A DNA stretch of 56,915 bases from Hydrurus foetidus (taxonomy: Eukaryota). Every line of letters begins with the position of its first letter. Position 1 is the stretch's first letter. A model generated the notes under the pieces. The model was not told the DNA's origin. It was given only the letters and a program-made list of their open reading frames with translations, and searched no databases. The position numbers and the translations under genes were made by a program. Of this stretch, positions 21,001 to 33,287 are shown piece after piece. The stretch spans positions 1 to 56,915 of the forward strand of contig UYFQ01000371.1 in NCBI GenBank assembly GCA_900617105.1. The letters are read 5' to 3'.

Positions 21001-24000
21001 CCTGACTGGTCCTCATTCGGCACGGAGAAATACATGCAACGGCTGCAAGACGTGCTTATTTCGTCGCTCGAGCGGTATTCTCCTGCTGGACACTTCTCGC
21101 ACGGATAGTTCCAAGTGCCCGGCCCACCTGGACCGTAGTACCCTGCCTTGCATTTCAGTGGTCCAGACTCCTCACACCCAGTTCGAGCTTCATTGGCTCT
21201 GAACATGGCTGGACAACCTGTGCACTCTGCGAGACCACCGGGTGATTGCAATCCAAAAGGGCATTCGAAGCAAGTGTCTCTGAGCGTGTTGGGATATGTA
21301 CCGGGTCCACAATAGAAAGGCACCACAGGCCCTGGAGGTAATGTGGGTTGCGGTGTCGGGTCCGGTGTTGGTGCTGGTGTGGTTTCTTCTGGTCCAAACA
21401 CGCATTCAGTCCGCGCCGCATTTGTAAGCCGTCCAGGGCATTCCTGACAATTTATTGCGAGACCTTGAGATATTGTACCAGGTGGACATTCCAAGCACCC
21501 TACGTTCGTGATAAGAGAAAGATAATATCCTGCAGCGCAGTCGTAGTGTGTTTGCTCTGGTGTCTGCAGTGCAACGCACCCTGACTGGTCCTCATTCGGC
21601 ACGGAGAAATACATGCAACGGCTGCAAGACGTGCTTATTTCGTCGCTCGAGCGGTATTCTCCTGCTGGACACTTCTCGCACGGATAGTTCCAAGTGCCCG
21701 GCCCACCTGGACCGTAGTACCCTGCCTTGCATTTCAGTGGTCCAGACTCCTCACACCCAGTTCGAGCTTCATTGGCTCTGAACATGGCTGGACAACCTGT
21801 GCACTCTGCGAGACCACCGGGTGATTGCAATCCAAAAGGGCATTCGAAGCAAGTGTCTCTGAGCGTGTTGGGATATGTACCGGGTCCACAATAGAAAGGC
21901 ACCACAGGCCCTGGAGGTAATGTGGGTTGCGGTGTCGGGTCCGGTGTTGGTGCTGGTGTGGTTTCTTCTGGTCCAAACACGCATTCAGTCCGCGCCGCAT
22001 TTGTAAGCCGTCCAGGGCATTCCTGACAATTTATTGCGAGACCTTGAGATATTGTACCAGGTGGACATTCCAAGCACCCTACGTTCGTGATAAGAGAAAG
22101 ATAATATCCTGCAGCGCAGTCGTAGTGTGTTTGCTCTGGTGTCTGCAGTGCAACGCACCCTGACTGGTCCTCATTCGGCACGGAGAAATACATGCAACGG
22201 CTGCAAGACGTGCTTATTTCGTCGCTCGAGCGGTATTCTCCTGCTGGACACTTCTCGCACGGATAGTTCCAAGTGCCCGGCCCACCTGGACCGTAGTACC
22301 CTGCCTTGCATTTCAGTGGTCCAGACTCCTCACACCCAGTTCGAGCTTCATTGGCTCTGAACATGGCTGGACAACCTGTGCACTCTGCGAGACCACCGGG
22401 TGATTGCAATCCAAAAGGGCATTCGAAGCAAGTGTCTCTGAGCGTGTTGGGATATGTACCGGGTCCACAATAGAAAGGCACCACAGGCCCTGGAGGTAAT
22501 GTGGGTTGCGGTGTCGGGTCCGGTGTTGGTGCTGGTGTGGTTTCTTCTGGTCCAAACACGCATTCAGTCCGCGCCGCATTTGTAAGCCGTCCAGGGCATT
22601 CCTGACAATTTATTGCGAGACCTTGAGATATTGTACCAGGTGGACATTCCAAGCACCCTACGTTCGTGATAAGAGAAAGATAATATCCTGCAGCGCAGTC
22701 GTAGTGTGTTTGCTCTGGTGTCTGCAGTGCAACGCACCCTGACTGGTCCTCATTCGGCACGGAGAAATACATGCAACGGCTGCAAGACGTGCTTATTTCG
22801 TCGCTCGAGCGGTATTCTCCTGCTGGACACTTCTCGCACGGATAGTTCCAAGTGCCCGGCCCACCTGGACCGTAGTACCCTGCCTTGCATTTCAGTGGTC
22901 CAGACTCCTCACACCCAGTTCGAGCTTCATTGGCTCTGAACATGGCTGGACAACCTGTGCACTCTGCGAGACCACCGGGTGATTGCAATCCAAAAGGGCA
23001 TTCGAAGCAAGTGTCTCTGAGCGTGTTGGGATATGTACCGGGTCCACAATAGAAAGGCACCACAGGCCCTGGAGGTAATGTGGGTTGCGGTGTCGGGTCC
23101 GGTGTTGGTGCTGGTGTGGTTTCTTCTGGTCCAAACACGCATTCAGTCCGCGCCGCATTTGTAAGCCGTCCAGGGCATTCCTGACAATTTATTGCGAGAC
23201 CTTGAGATATTGTACCAGGTGGACATTCCAAGCACCCTACGTTGAGATAAGAGTAAGATAATATCCTGCAGCGCAGTCGTAGTGTGTTTGCTCTGGTGTC
23301 TGCAGTGCAACGCACCCTGACTGGTCCTCATTCGGCACGGAGAAATACATGCAACGGCTGCAAGACGTGCTTATTTCGTCGCTCGAGCGGTATTCTCCTG
23401 CTGGACACTTCTCGCACGGATAGTTCCAAGTGCCCGGCCCACCTGGACCGTAGTACCCTGCCTTGCATTTCAGTGGTCCAGACTCCTCACACCCAGTTCG
23501 AGCTTCATTGGCTCTGAACATGGCTGGACAACCTGTGCACTCTGCGAGACCACCGGGTGATTGCAATCCAAAAGGGCATTCGAAGCAAGTGTCTCTGAGC
23601 GTGTTGGGATATGTACCGGGTCCACAATAGAAAGGCACCACAGGCCCTGGAGGTAATGTGGGTTGCGGTGTCGGGTCCGGTGTTGGTGCTGGTGTGGTTT
23701 CTTCTGGTCCAAACACGCATTCAGTCCGCGCCGCATTTGTAAGCCGTCCAGGGCATTCCTGACAATTTATTGCGAGACCTTGAGATATTGTACCAGGTGG
23801 ACATTCCAAGCACCCTAAAGTTGAGTTACGAGTATCATAATATCCTGCAGCGCAGTCGTAGTGTGTTTGCTCTGGTGTCTGCAGTGCAACGCACCCTGAC
23901 TGGTCCTCATTCGGCACGGAGAAATACATGCAACGGCTGCAAGACGTGCTTATTTCGTCGCTCGAGCGGTATTCTCCTGCTGGACACTTCTCGCACGGAT

Positions 24001-27000
24001 AGTTCCAAGTGCCCGGCCCACCTGGACCGTAGTACCCTGCCTTGCATTTCAGCGGTCCAGACTCCTCACACCCAGTTCGAGCTTCATTGGCTCTGAACAT
24101 GGCTGGACAACCTGTGCACTCTGCGAGACCACCGGGTGATTGCAATCCAAAAGGGCATTCGAAGCAAGTGTCTCTGAGCGTGTTGGGATATGTACCGGGT
24201 CCACAATAGAAAGGCACCACAGGCCCTGGAGGTAATGTGGGTTGCGGTGTCGGGTCCGGTGTTGGTGCTGGTGTGGTTTCTTCTGGTCCAAACACGCATT
24301 CAGTCCGCGCCGCATTTGTAAGCCGTCCAGGGCATTCCTGACAATTTATTGCGAGACCTTGAGATATTGTACCAGGTGGACATTCCAAGCACCCTACGTT
24401 GTGATAAGAGTATCATAATATCCTGCAGCGCAGTCGTAATGTGTTTGCTCTGGTGTCTGCAGTGCAACGCACCCTGACTGGTCCTCATTCGGCACGGAGA
24501 AATACATGCAACGGCTGCAAGACGTGCTTATTTCGTCGCTCGAGCGGTATTCTCCTGCTGGACACTTCTCGCACGGATAGTTCCAAGTGCCCGGCCCACC
24601 TGGACCGTAGTACCCTGCCTTGCATTTCAGCGGTCCAGACTCCTCACACCCAGTTCGAGCTTCATTGGCTCTGAACATGGCTGGACAACCTGTGCACTCT
24701 GCGAGACCACCGGGTGATTGCAATCCAAAAGGGCATTCGAAGCAAGTGTCTCTGAGCGTGTTGGGATATGTACCGGGTCCACAATAGAAAGGCACCACAG
24801 GCCCTGGAGGTAATGTGGGTTGCGGTGTCGGGTCCGGTGTTGGTGCTGGTGTGGTTTCTTCTGGTCCAAACACGCATTCAGTCCGCGCCGCATTTGTAAG
24901 CCGTCCAGGGCATTCCTGACAATTTATTGCGAGACCTTGAGATATTGTACCAGGTGGACATTCCAAGCACCCTACGTTCGTGATAAGAGAAAGATAATAT
25001 CCTGCAGCGCAGTCGTAGTGTGTTTGCTCTGGTGTCTGCAGTGCAACGCACCCTGACTGGTCCTCATTCGGCACGGAGAAATACATGCAACGGCTGCAAG
25101 ACGTGCTTATTTCGTCGCTCGAGCGGTATTCTCCTGCTGGACACTTCTCGCACGGATAGTTCCAAGTGCCCGGCCCACCTGGACCGTAGTACCCTGCCTT
25201 GCATTTCAGCGGTCCAGACTCCTCACACCCAGTTCGAGCTTCATTGGCTCTGAACATGGCTGGACAACCTGTGCACTCTGCGAGACCACCGGGTGATTGC
25301 AATCCAAAAGGGCATTCGAAGCAAGTGTCTCTGAGCGTGTTGGGATATGTACCGGGTCCACAATAGAAAGGCACCACAGGCCCTGGAGGTAATGTGGGTT
25401 GCGGTGTCGGGTCCGGTGTTGGTGCTGGTGTGGTTTCTTCTGGTCCAAACACGCATTCAGTCCGCGCCGCATTTGTAAGCCGTCCAGGGCATTCCTGACA
25501 ATTTATTGCGAGACCTTGAGATATTGTACCAGGTGGACATTCCAAGCACCCTACGTTCGTGATAAGAGAAAGATAATATCCTGCAGCGCAGTCGTAGTGT
25601 GTTTGCTCTGGTGTCTGCAGTGCAACGCACCCTGACTGGTCCTCATTCGGCACGGAGAAATACATGCAACGGCTGCAAGACGTGCTTATTTCGTCGCTCG
25701 AGCGGTATTCTCCTGCTGGACACTTCTCGCACGGATAGTTCCAAGTGCCCGGCCCACCTGGACCGTAGTACCCTGCCTTGCATTTCAGCGGTCCAGACTC
25801 CTCACACCCAGTTCGAGCTTCATTGGCTCTGAACATGGCTGGACAACCTGTGCACTCTGCGAGACCACCGGGTGATTGCAATCCAAAAGGGCATTCGAAG
25901 CAAGTGTCTCTGAGCGTGTTGGGATATGTACCGGGTCCACAATAGAAAGGCACCACAGGCCCTGGAGGTAATGTGGGTTGCGGTGTCGGGTCCGGTGTTG
26001 GTGCTGGTGTGGTTTCTTCTGGTCCAAACACGCATTCAGTCCGCGCCGCATTTGTAAGCCGTCCAGGGCATTCCTGACAATTTATTGCGAGACCTTGAGA
26101 TATTGTACCAGGTGGACATTCCAAGCACCCTAAAGTTGAGTTACGAGTATCATAATATCCTGCAGTGCAGTCGTAATGTGTTTGCTCTGGTGTCTGCAGT
26201 GCAACGCACCCTGACTGGTCCTCATTCGGCACGGAGAAATACATGCAACGGCTACAAGACGTGCTTATTTCGTCGCTCGAGCGGTATTCTCCTGCTGGAC
26301 ACTTCTCGCACGGATAGTTCCAAGTGCCCGGCCCACCTGGACCGTAGTACCCTGCCTTGCATTTCAGTGGTCCAGACTCCTCACACCCAGTTCGAGCTTC
26401 ATTGGCTCTGAACATGGCTGGACAACCTGTGCACTCTGCGAGACCACCGGGTGATTGCAATCCAAAAGGGCATTCGAAGCAAGTGTCTCTGAGCGTGTTG
26501 GGATATGTACCGGGTCCACAATAGAAAGGCACCACAGGCCCCGGAGGTAATGTGGGTTGCGGTATCGGGTCCGGTGTTGGTGCTGGTGTGGTTTCTTCTG
26601 GTCCAAACACGCATTCAGTTCCGGGTCCGCATGTTAGCGTACGTGCGGATGTGGGTACTATTGTCGGATCCCGGATTCGCTTGCAACCAGTCTGAGAAGA
26701 GTTCACTGTCGATCCCGCACTGCATGACAAACATTTCGATGCCTTGGCTGTAGAGTATTGATCGCTCATGCAGGGTTGCGCGGGATCGGACGAATAGTAT
26801 GATGGAAGACAATGGATGCAGCTTTCGGATTCAGAAGGAGAGTATTGTCCAACAGAACAGGGCTTGCAGACGTCAGATTCTGATTTCGAGGCGGTACCAG
26901 CAGCGCAAGGCACACATTCGTTAAGAATGTGGTCAGCGTAATGGCCCGCTACACATGCTGTGCAGGTACTTGCTCCTGATTTAGAAATTTTTCCTTCGCC

Positions 27001-27401
27001 ACACTTTTTGCATTCATTCGACGATTTGTTTGAGTATTTCCCAGCGGGGCAATCAGTACAAGACAGGTGATCATTTGTTATTTGCCCAGTGGGACATGAT
27101 TTGCATGATTTTGAGCCACCTGATGACCACTGGCCGCTTGGGCATTCAACACACTCAATTCGGCCTCTTCGATAGAATCCAGGAGTGCAGGTGATGGTAC
27201 CCTCGATTTCTATCGTAATATGGAAAGGAATGAGCGATGGTTTGCGTTGATATTGTATCGATCATGCTCACCAACGTATTCGGCTTTCGAGACAACCGCA
27301 GCTTCAGTCCTATCGCCGTGAAGTGAGTTTGTCGTTAAATTGCTGGTTTGGGATGTTGTATCTTCGGCTCCCGCGAGGCAGAAAATTGCAGCTAAGAACA
27401 T
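18048..27401 (-). CDS. Giant, probably secreted Cys-rich tandem-repeat protein (ephrin-receptor-like/GCC2-GCC3-type CxxCPxGxY modules with Pro/Thr linkers), ~3,100 aa; two apparent frameshifts
   Basis: Exon 1 27401..27272 (MFLAAIFCLAGA, signal-like). Phase-compatible GT-AG intron 27271..27210. Exon 2 open from 27209. ORFs 24394..26913, 23237..24388 and 18048..23315 join via 1-nt losses near 24400 and 23243. Confidence 0.85.
18316..26619. repeat. Coding tandem array, 579-bp (193-aa) unit, ~14.3 copies
   Basis: The ORF track recurs every 579 bp (18653, 19232, 19811...); two units are 578 bp. Confidence 0.98.
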
Positions 27402-27797
27402 GTGCCATAAGTCAGAAAAGATGATGTCGACGTGCAATTTTGTACGAAAGTAGAACACGACTACTAGAAAAATGTTTACCGACTGATGCTGCAAGGTATG
27501 CGATTCCCTTCATCCTCATGTCGAAAACGACCTCCGACTGGTGTGGTCACCACTACGCTAATTGGATGCCATCGACTACGCAAGTTGCGTTGCTTTTCGA
27601 TGCCGCTGGAATGTTGGTTCAGAGTGGAATAGTGACGGCGAGTTAGATCCAACTGTATTTGAGTGATATCTAACCATCATCCTCAACTCCTCAATTACAC
27701 TGGACCTCCACAGTGCGCCGTGAGCTTTGACTGTGCACTGTGCAGTATTTGTGGTTTCACTTTTAAAATTGGCAGCAGATCCCCCCCCAGAGAATAG

Positions 27798-27886
27798 TAC
27801 TGTATTTGAGATCGATGTGATTATAACAACTTTCAGTCCGCCACAAACTGAAAGTTGTTATGATCACATCGATCTCAAATACAGTA
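27798..27886. mobile_element. Palindromic MITE-like element, Tc1/mariner-type ends
   Basis: 40-bp inverted arms (27798-27837 and 27847-27886, one mismatch) with a 9-nt spacer; reads TA-CTGTATTT...AAATACAG-TA. Confidence 0.6.
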
Positions 27887-28195
27887 TTCAATATTCAGTC
27901 AGTAATCCCGAGGGAAATTTCTCCCCACATTCAACGTGTCAGATCAAATTGCGCGGCGGCCACAATTTTAATGGGCGCATTAACGACGACGAATTAACGC
28001 GGCAAATTTGTCAACTCATTCGATTTCTAACTATTTGCAAATCCTCAAAAGTAGCGAATTAGTTTGACTGCAGTTTGTCCTGGAGGGCTAAAGTGGTTGC
28101 AGCCATGACATTTGCAGACACTGGCATCTCTTGGAGTATTTGCTTAAATTTCTCGAGTACTTCTAATCTCTAATTTTGATGGAGCGAGAAAGTAG

Positions 28196-30001
28196 ATGAT
28201 GGATCAAACTGGGAGGAATAATAAAACATTGGGAGAAATACCATCACTCGTCAAAAGTTCAGAGATGAGATGCTCTGAGACCTCAATCGAAAAGTTCAAG
28301 TCATTCCTTTTACCTGGCTCAAGAGATGAGAGGTAATGATTCACGAGATAGTTTTAAGCACAGACTGCATTTCAGCTGAGTGTGAATGCAGTAGGCTCTG
28401 GAGGGCATGTGAGACATTAATTTTGTTGCATTTCGCAGATTGAAAACCATGTATCACGGTGAAACTATGAGTTGTGCACCTGATTTTAGCGATCTAGATC
28501 GCTTGCTGTGCAGTATGATGTCTCAGGAACAATCCGACACCTGCTCAAAAAGATTTTCGGACCCCTCACAATTCTTTCTTCGCTGGCAGAGGTAATTTGT
28601 CGCTGATTCTTCCTTATCGCTGCAGCGTATACTCAAGTAGGATGTCTGTCAATCGTTGAAAGTCAACAGGAGGATTTCTTCGTCGACATGGAGGCCGATA
28701 TTCGAGCCAGAAGAGCGGAGAGATCAAAGCAGAAGATGTTTGCCATCAGGAGGAAAGGGGCCTCTGGATTTCGTACACAAAGCAGGAGTCAAAAAGAGGA
28801 CCTTTGTAAGTTCGATACAATTATATGTAAAGGCGAGGAAAAAGAGGGATCTGAGGGCAATCTAGAGACTGTGACGGGATCTATGTCTGGCGGCCATTTG
28901 CATGATGCTGCGGAAAATGAAGTGGCGGACCAAACACAGAGGAAATCAGCACTACTGGTTGATTGTTCTGCTTCTGCTGCCATGACCATGGTCACTGGGG
29001 GGAGCGGTTACGGAGCGTGGAGTGGGGTGGGTGCGCTCAAACTCCAGGAACGGCTCCGGTCCATAGAATCGCTGGCACAGAAAGATGCTCATTGTGTCGT
29101 AAGCAGCAAAGTGGCGCTATTGAAACCGCCCAAACCTCTGAAAATCTTTCGCGATAATGTCGCGAGTGAGGCGTGTGCGAGGGCAGCCGATTGCGATCAA
29201 GCAGTAGCAATAATAATTACTCCGTCACTGCGACCTCTGATGCAGGGTAGCTGCATTCCAGCCAGTATTCCTCCTCCACCTCCACCACCCCCTCCTCCCC
29301 CTCCAATTAACATTCATCGTTCCTCGCCATCGGGTCAGAAGGTTTCTGCAGATCAAACAGATTTCTCTGCAGCTGACGCACTTGGGCCTTCGTCTGCTGA
29401 GTGTCCAGAACTGCCCGTTGAGTGTGAAGCAGTGCACCGTGTGTTCAGTGCGGTTAGTGTGAGTGTTGGAGTTAGTGCCACACCCTTAGACCTCTTTGCA
29501 TCGAGAGAATCTCTTGGGAATGATGTTTCGGCCTCAGGGGATAGTGGTGGACTGGTGCTGATGGGCACGGACGCGCCCCCTGCGCTTCGTCGTCTCCGGC
29601 CCCTGTCGGTGGATCTGAGGAGGCAGCGTAGCAGACCCATATCGGTGTCGCACTCCTCAACCATCATAGAAGCACTGCGCGGCAATAATGCTGATCATCA
29701 GGGGACAGGGGCTGCAGTGCGTGTGTGCCCCGAGGGGAATAAGAATAGGAATATTAATGGAGTGGAGGACGACGACGGAAATAGAGATCGCGACAGCATG
29801 CTCCGATCGATACGAAACAGCGGTCAGTCGAAACTGAAGAAAGCGGTTTCCAGTCCCGGGGGCAGCGATCCCAGAACCAGTCTCGGCATGCTGGGAGGGT
29901 CCGCAGTGTCCGCCATACTAGCGCGCAGAAAACATTTCGAGGAGAGCAGCAAGTGGGCTGGGTCGGACGAGGACAGCGAGACTGACGTCAGCGACTGGTA
30001 A
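28196..30001 (+). CDS. SCAR/WAVE-like Arp2/3 activator (about 3 exons)
   Basis: Exon 28439-28591 gives CSKRFSDPSQFFLRW (WAVE-homology motif). Then a basic stretch, poly-Pro, WH2 (RDSMLRSIR...KLKK), central AILARR and an acidic tail ending in Trp (DEDSETDVSDW*). Confidence 0.8.
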
Positions 30002-30609
30002 CATCTGCTCTGTTCCCAAAGGGATTGATCTGATTGTATCTCGAAACCGCATCATTTCAATTCTGTGATACTCAAGATTTTCCTTTCACAACTTTACTTT
30101 TTTTTAAACTAACGTTGTAAAAAATTCATAATTTTGGAGCGCGTGTTCATGTGTGCGTCTGTAAAAGGTAGCAGCGAGCACGATATGATATGATTAAAAA
30201 GATAAGTCGTGTGTGGCAGTAAATAGGATCCGCTATAGTCAGATAGCGCCCGTTAGCCACAGCATAATTTCGTGCTGATCGGCAGGTACAGCGAAGTAGC
30301 GACCTAACCTGATCTGACCTGACCTGATCTGACCTGACCTGAATTGTCTGAGCTAACCCGTCCCGATATGCCTCGCTAGATTAGAACAGGTCTGGTCAGA
30401 TTGGATTAGGCTAGAGCGAGGGAGAGGGCTCGTCGTCCTGATGACTCGGACGGGAGAGGACAGCTTGTAGGGGACCGACTAAGTGGTCTTCATGACTGAC
30501 TGACTGACTGACGATCCATCTGTGCATTTGTCCGTCCGTTCGCTGTTTCGATAGAAGTGGTAAATAACCGGTGTTGAAGTCACAGCCGTGTCTATCCTCA
30601 GGTTGAGGT

Positions 30610-33253
30610 TCAGCAGTGCAGCCAGTTGAAGTTGTCGAAGACGTAGTCGTTGCCCTCCGCTGTGTTGGGGTTCAGGGCTTGATAGAACTCCCAGTTAGAG
30701 ACTTGTCCGTCCCCGTCCGTGTCGGCAGCCCCTAGCACAAATTAAGTCGTGATTACCATATCAATATCATGTCAATTATTCAGACGGCGAGCTTGGAGAT
30801 AAAATGCTAACCTGCGATGACGTCTGTGAGAGCCACAGACAACGAGCTCGGAAGAGCGGTGTCGTTGGCCGCATGACCCTCACACGTGTAGGCGCTGCTG
30901 TTGTAGTGCGTGTTCTCCCCTGAGCACATTCGGTTAGGGCAGTGAGAAAAGAGGAAGAGTCGTTACTGGCTGTCGGGTGTGCATGCAGCTTCTATGATGT
31001 TTTAACTGTGGTGCTGTTACCGATCGCGAAGGAGTAGTAAGAGTACTCGAGCCATTGAGTGTCGTTCTCCCCCCACTTGTAGAAACTCGAGTTGCCCATG
31101 GAAGACACAGTGCTCAGTCGCTTCGCAGTTAATAGCCTGTGAGAGAAGGAAAGACGTGTTATGCCATGCCATACGATAAGTGTGTGGCACCTTGTTGTTT
31201 ACCACATGACAGTCTTGTCTAATCTAGTTTGACTAGTATAGACTGATCTAGTATAACTAGCGTCGTCTCTTTTAGTCTAATCCAGTCTGGTCTGGATTAC
31301 TTTCATAGAGGTTGAAAGTTACACGCTCCAGCTCATGAGATTTGCAGTGCACAGATTAGTCAGAATCGAAATAGAAGGTGCTGTAATCTCATCTATTGAG
31401 AGTACCTTTCTATAGCAGGGTGGACCATCCAGAACATTATGTCAGAGGGGGACGCAGACTGAATCATCTCGCCCAGCAGCGAAACGAGTAAGGGAGTTCA
31501 GATAAGATAAGATAGGATGTGGTGTAATGTAAAACGTGATGAGATAAACAAGATGTGAATAGGTGTGATGTGATAAGTGACGAGACAAGATAAGATTCGA
31601 TAAAATAGACATAGTGTGATGCGATAGGATGTGAGAGAAGATTTCATATTTCGGGAAGATGGAGACCGACACACAACCAGCTCCTTACATGTCAATCGCC
31701 GGTAAAGTTGACGAGGAAAATTGATGTGTGGATCTAAAGCAGAACACTTTATGTAGGTTGACTCGACCCACTCACAACTCAACACTCACTCACTGACTCA
31801 CTACTCAATCACTCACTCTCACTCTCACTCACTCACTCGCTCACTCACTCACTCACACTACTCAACACTCACTCACTCACTACTCAACACTAACTCACTA
31901 CTCAACACTCACTCACTCACTCACTCACTCACTACTCAACACTCACTCACACACTACTCAACACTCACTCACTGACTCACTGACTCACTCATAACTCAAC
32001 ACTAACTAATCAACACTCACACACTACTCAACACTCACTCACACACTCACTACTCAACACTCACTCACTCACTACTCAACACAACCGCTATACACACACT
32101 CACTCAACACTACCTCACTCACTCAACTCACTCACTTACTCACTCAACTCACATCAATACTACACACTACTATCACTCACTACTCATCAACTCATATCAA
32201 CACATATTACTACTTTAATCACTACTCAACATTTTATTTCACTCACTCATTACATTTATTATTTACACTACAATTATTACTCAATCATTTCACATACTAC
32301 TATCATTCACTCATTTATCAATTTCTATTCACTCATTTACTTTATTTTACTCACACTCACTCACTCACTTACTCACATTTCATTTACTTATACTACTCAC
32401 TCACTCAACACTTTCACTCACTACTCACTCAACACTCACTCACACACTACTCAACAATCACTCACTCACTCACTCACTACACTCACTCACTACTCAACAC
32501 TCTCTCACTCACTTCTTTGACCGAAGCCGAAGCCATCATAGTCACGAGGTCGATGCCGAGTTGCACTGGCATCATGTATTCGAATGCAGCTTGGTTGTCC
32601 TCCTTGTTGAGCATGCAGGGCATGAGGTTTCGCCAGTCCATGTCCCCCTCCACCAGTGCATCCACCTTGCACGCGCAGTCTTCGAACGCCACATCAGCCG
32701 CACACATGTCTGGGCACTTCAACAGAGCAGGCGAGCCGTCAGCTGCGCACATGTGTGACCGCCAGAAGGACTTGTAGATCTGGGAGTACCTGCCCATTAT
32801 CAGCGAGTCTATCTGCAGCGAGTTGCAAAGAGAGAATAAGTTCAAGTTCACCTCGCGCATGCTGTTGTGAATGACATCAGCACATCAGCTCAAACTAGTG
32901 GGTGGGTGGGCGGACCATGAGTCGTCTGGGTGCGACCAGTCCCCACTTCCACGCGGCAGAACTGTAGTTGGCCGCGAACTCCTCGGTGATGTTCGCATCG
33001 AGAGTGTCTCCCCACTTGGACAGGAAGGTCGCATACTCCTCCGAACATCCACCCCACAATCCGCCGATCTGATTGTGCGGTTTGATTTAATTTAGTTTCA
33101 TTTCATTTCACTTAGTGGCTTCGATAATGAAGTAACTGTAGCTATGACACGCAGCAAGCAAAATCATCCATCCATCCAATCATCCATCGATCCATCCATC
33201 CACCTATCTATCTATCTATCAATCAATCAATCTATCTATCTATCTATCTATCA

Positions 33254-33287
<34 letters not shown>

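Noticed and set aside
18316..26619. CRISPR array or diversity-generating retroelement
   Set aside because: Units are 579-bp in-frame coding repeats with no unique spacers or cas genes. Variation is not adenine-specific, and the nearby RTs are LTR-type.
18230..26753. Dozens of recurring 60-110 aa ORFs
   Set aside because: Off-frame and antisense shadows of the tandem repeat.
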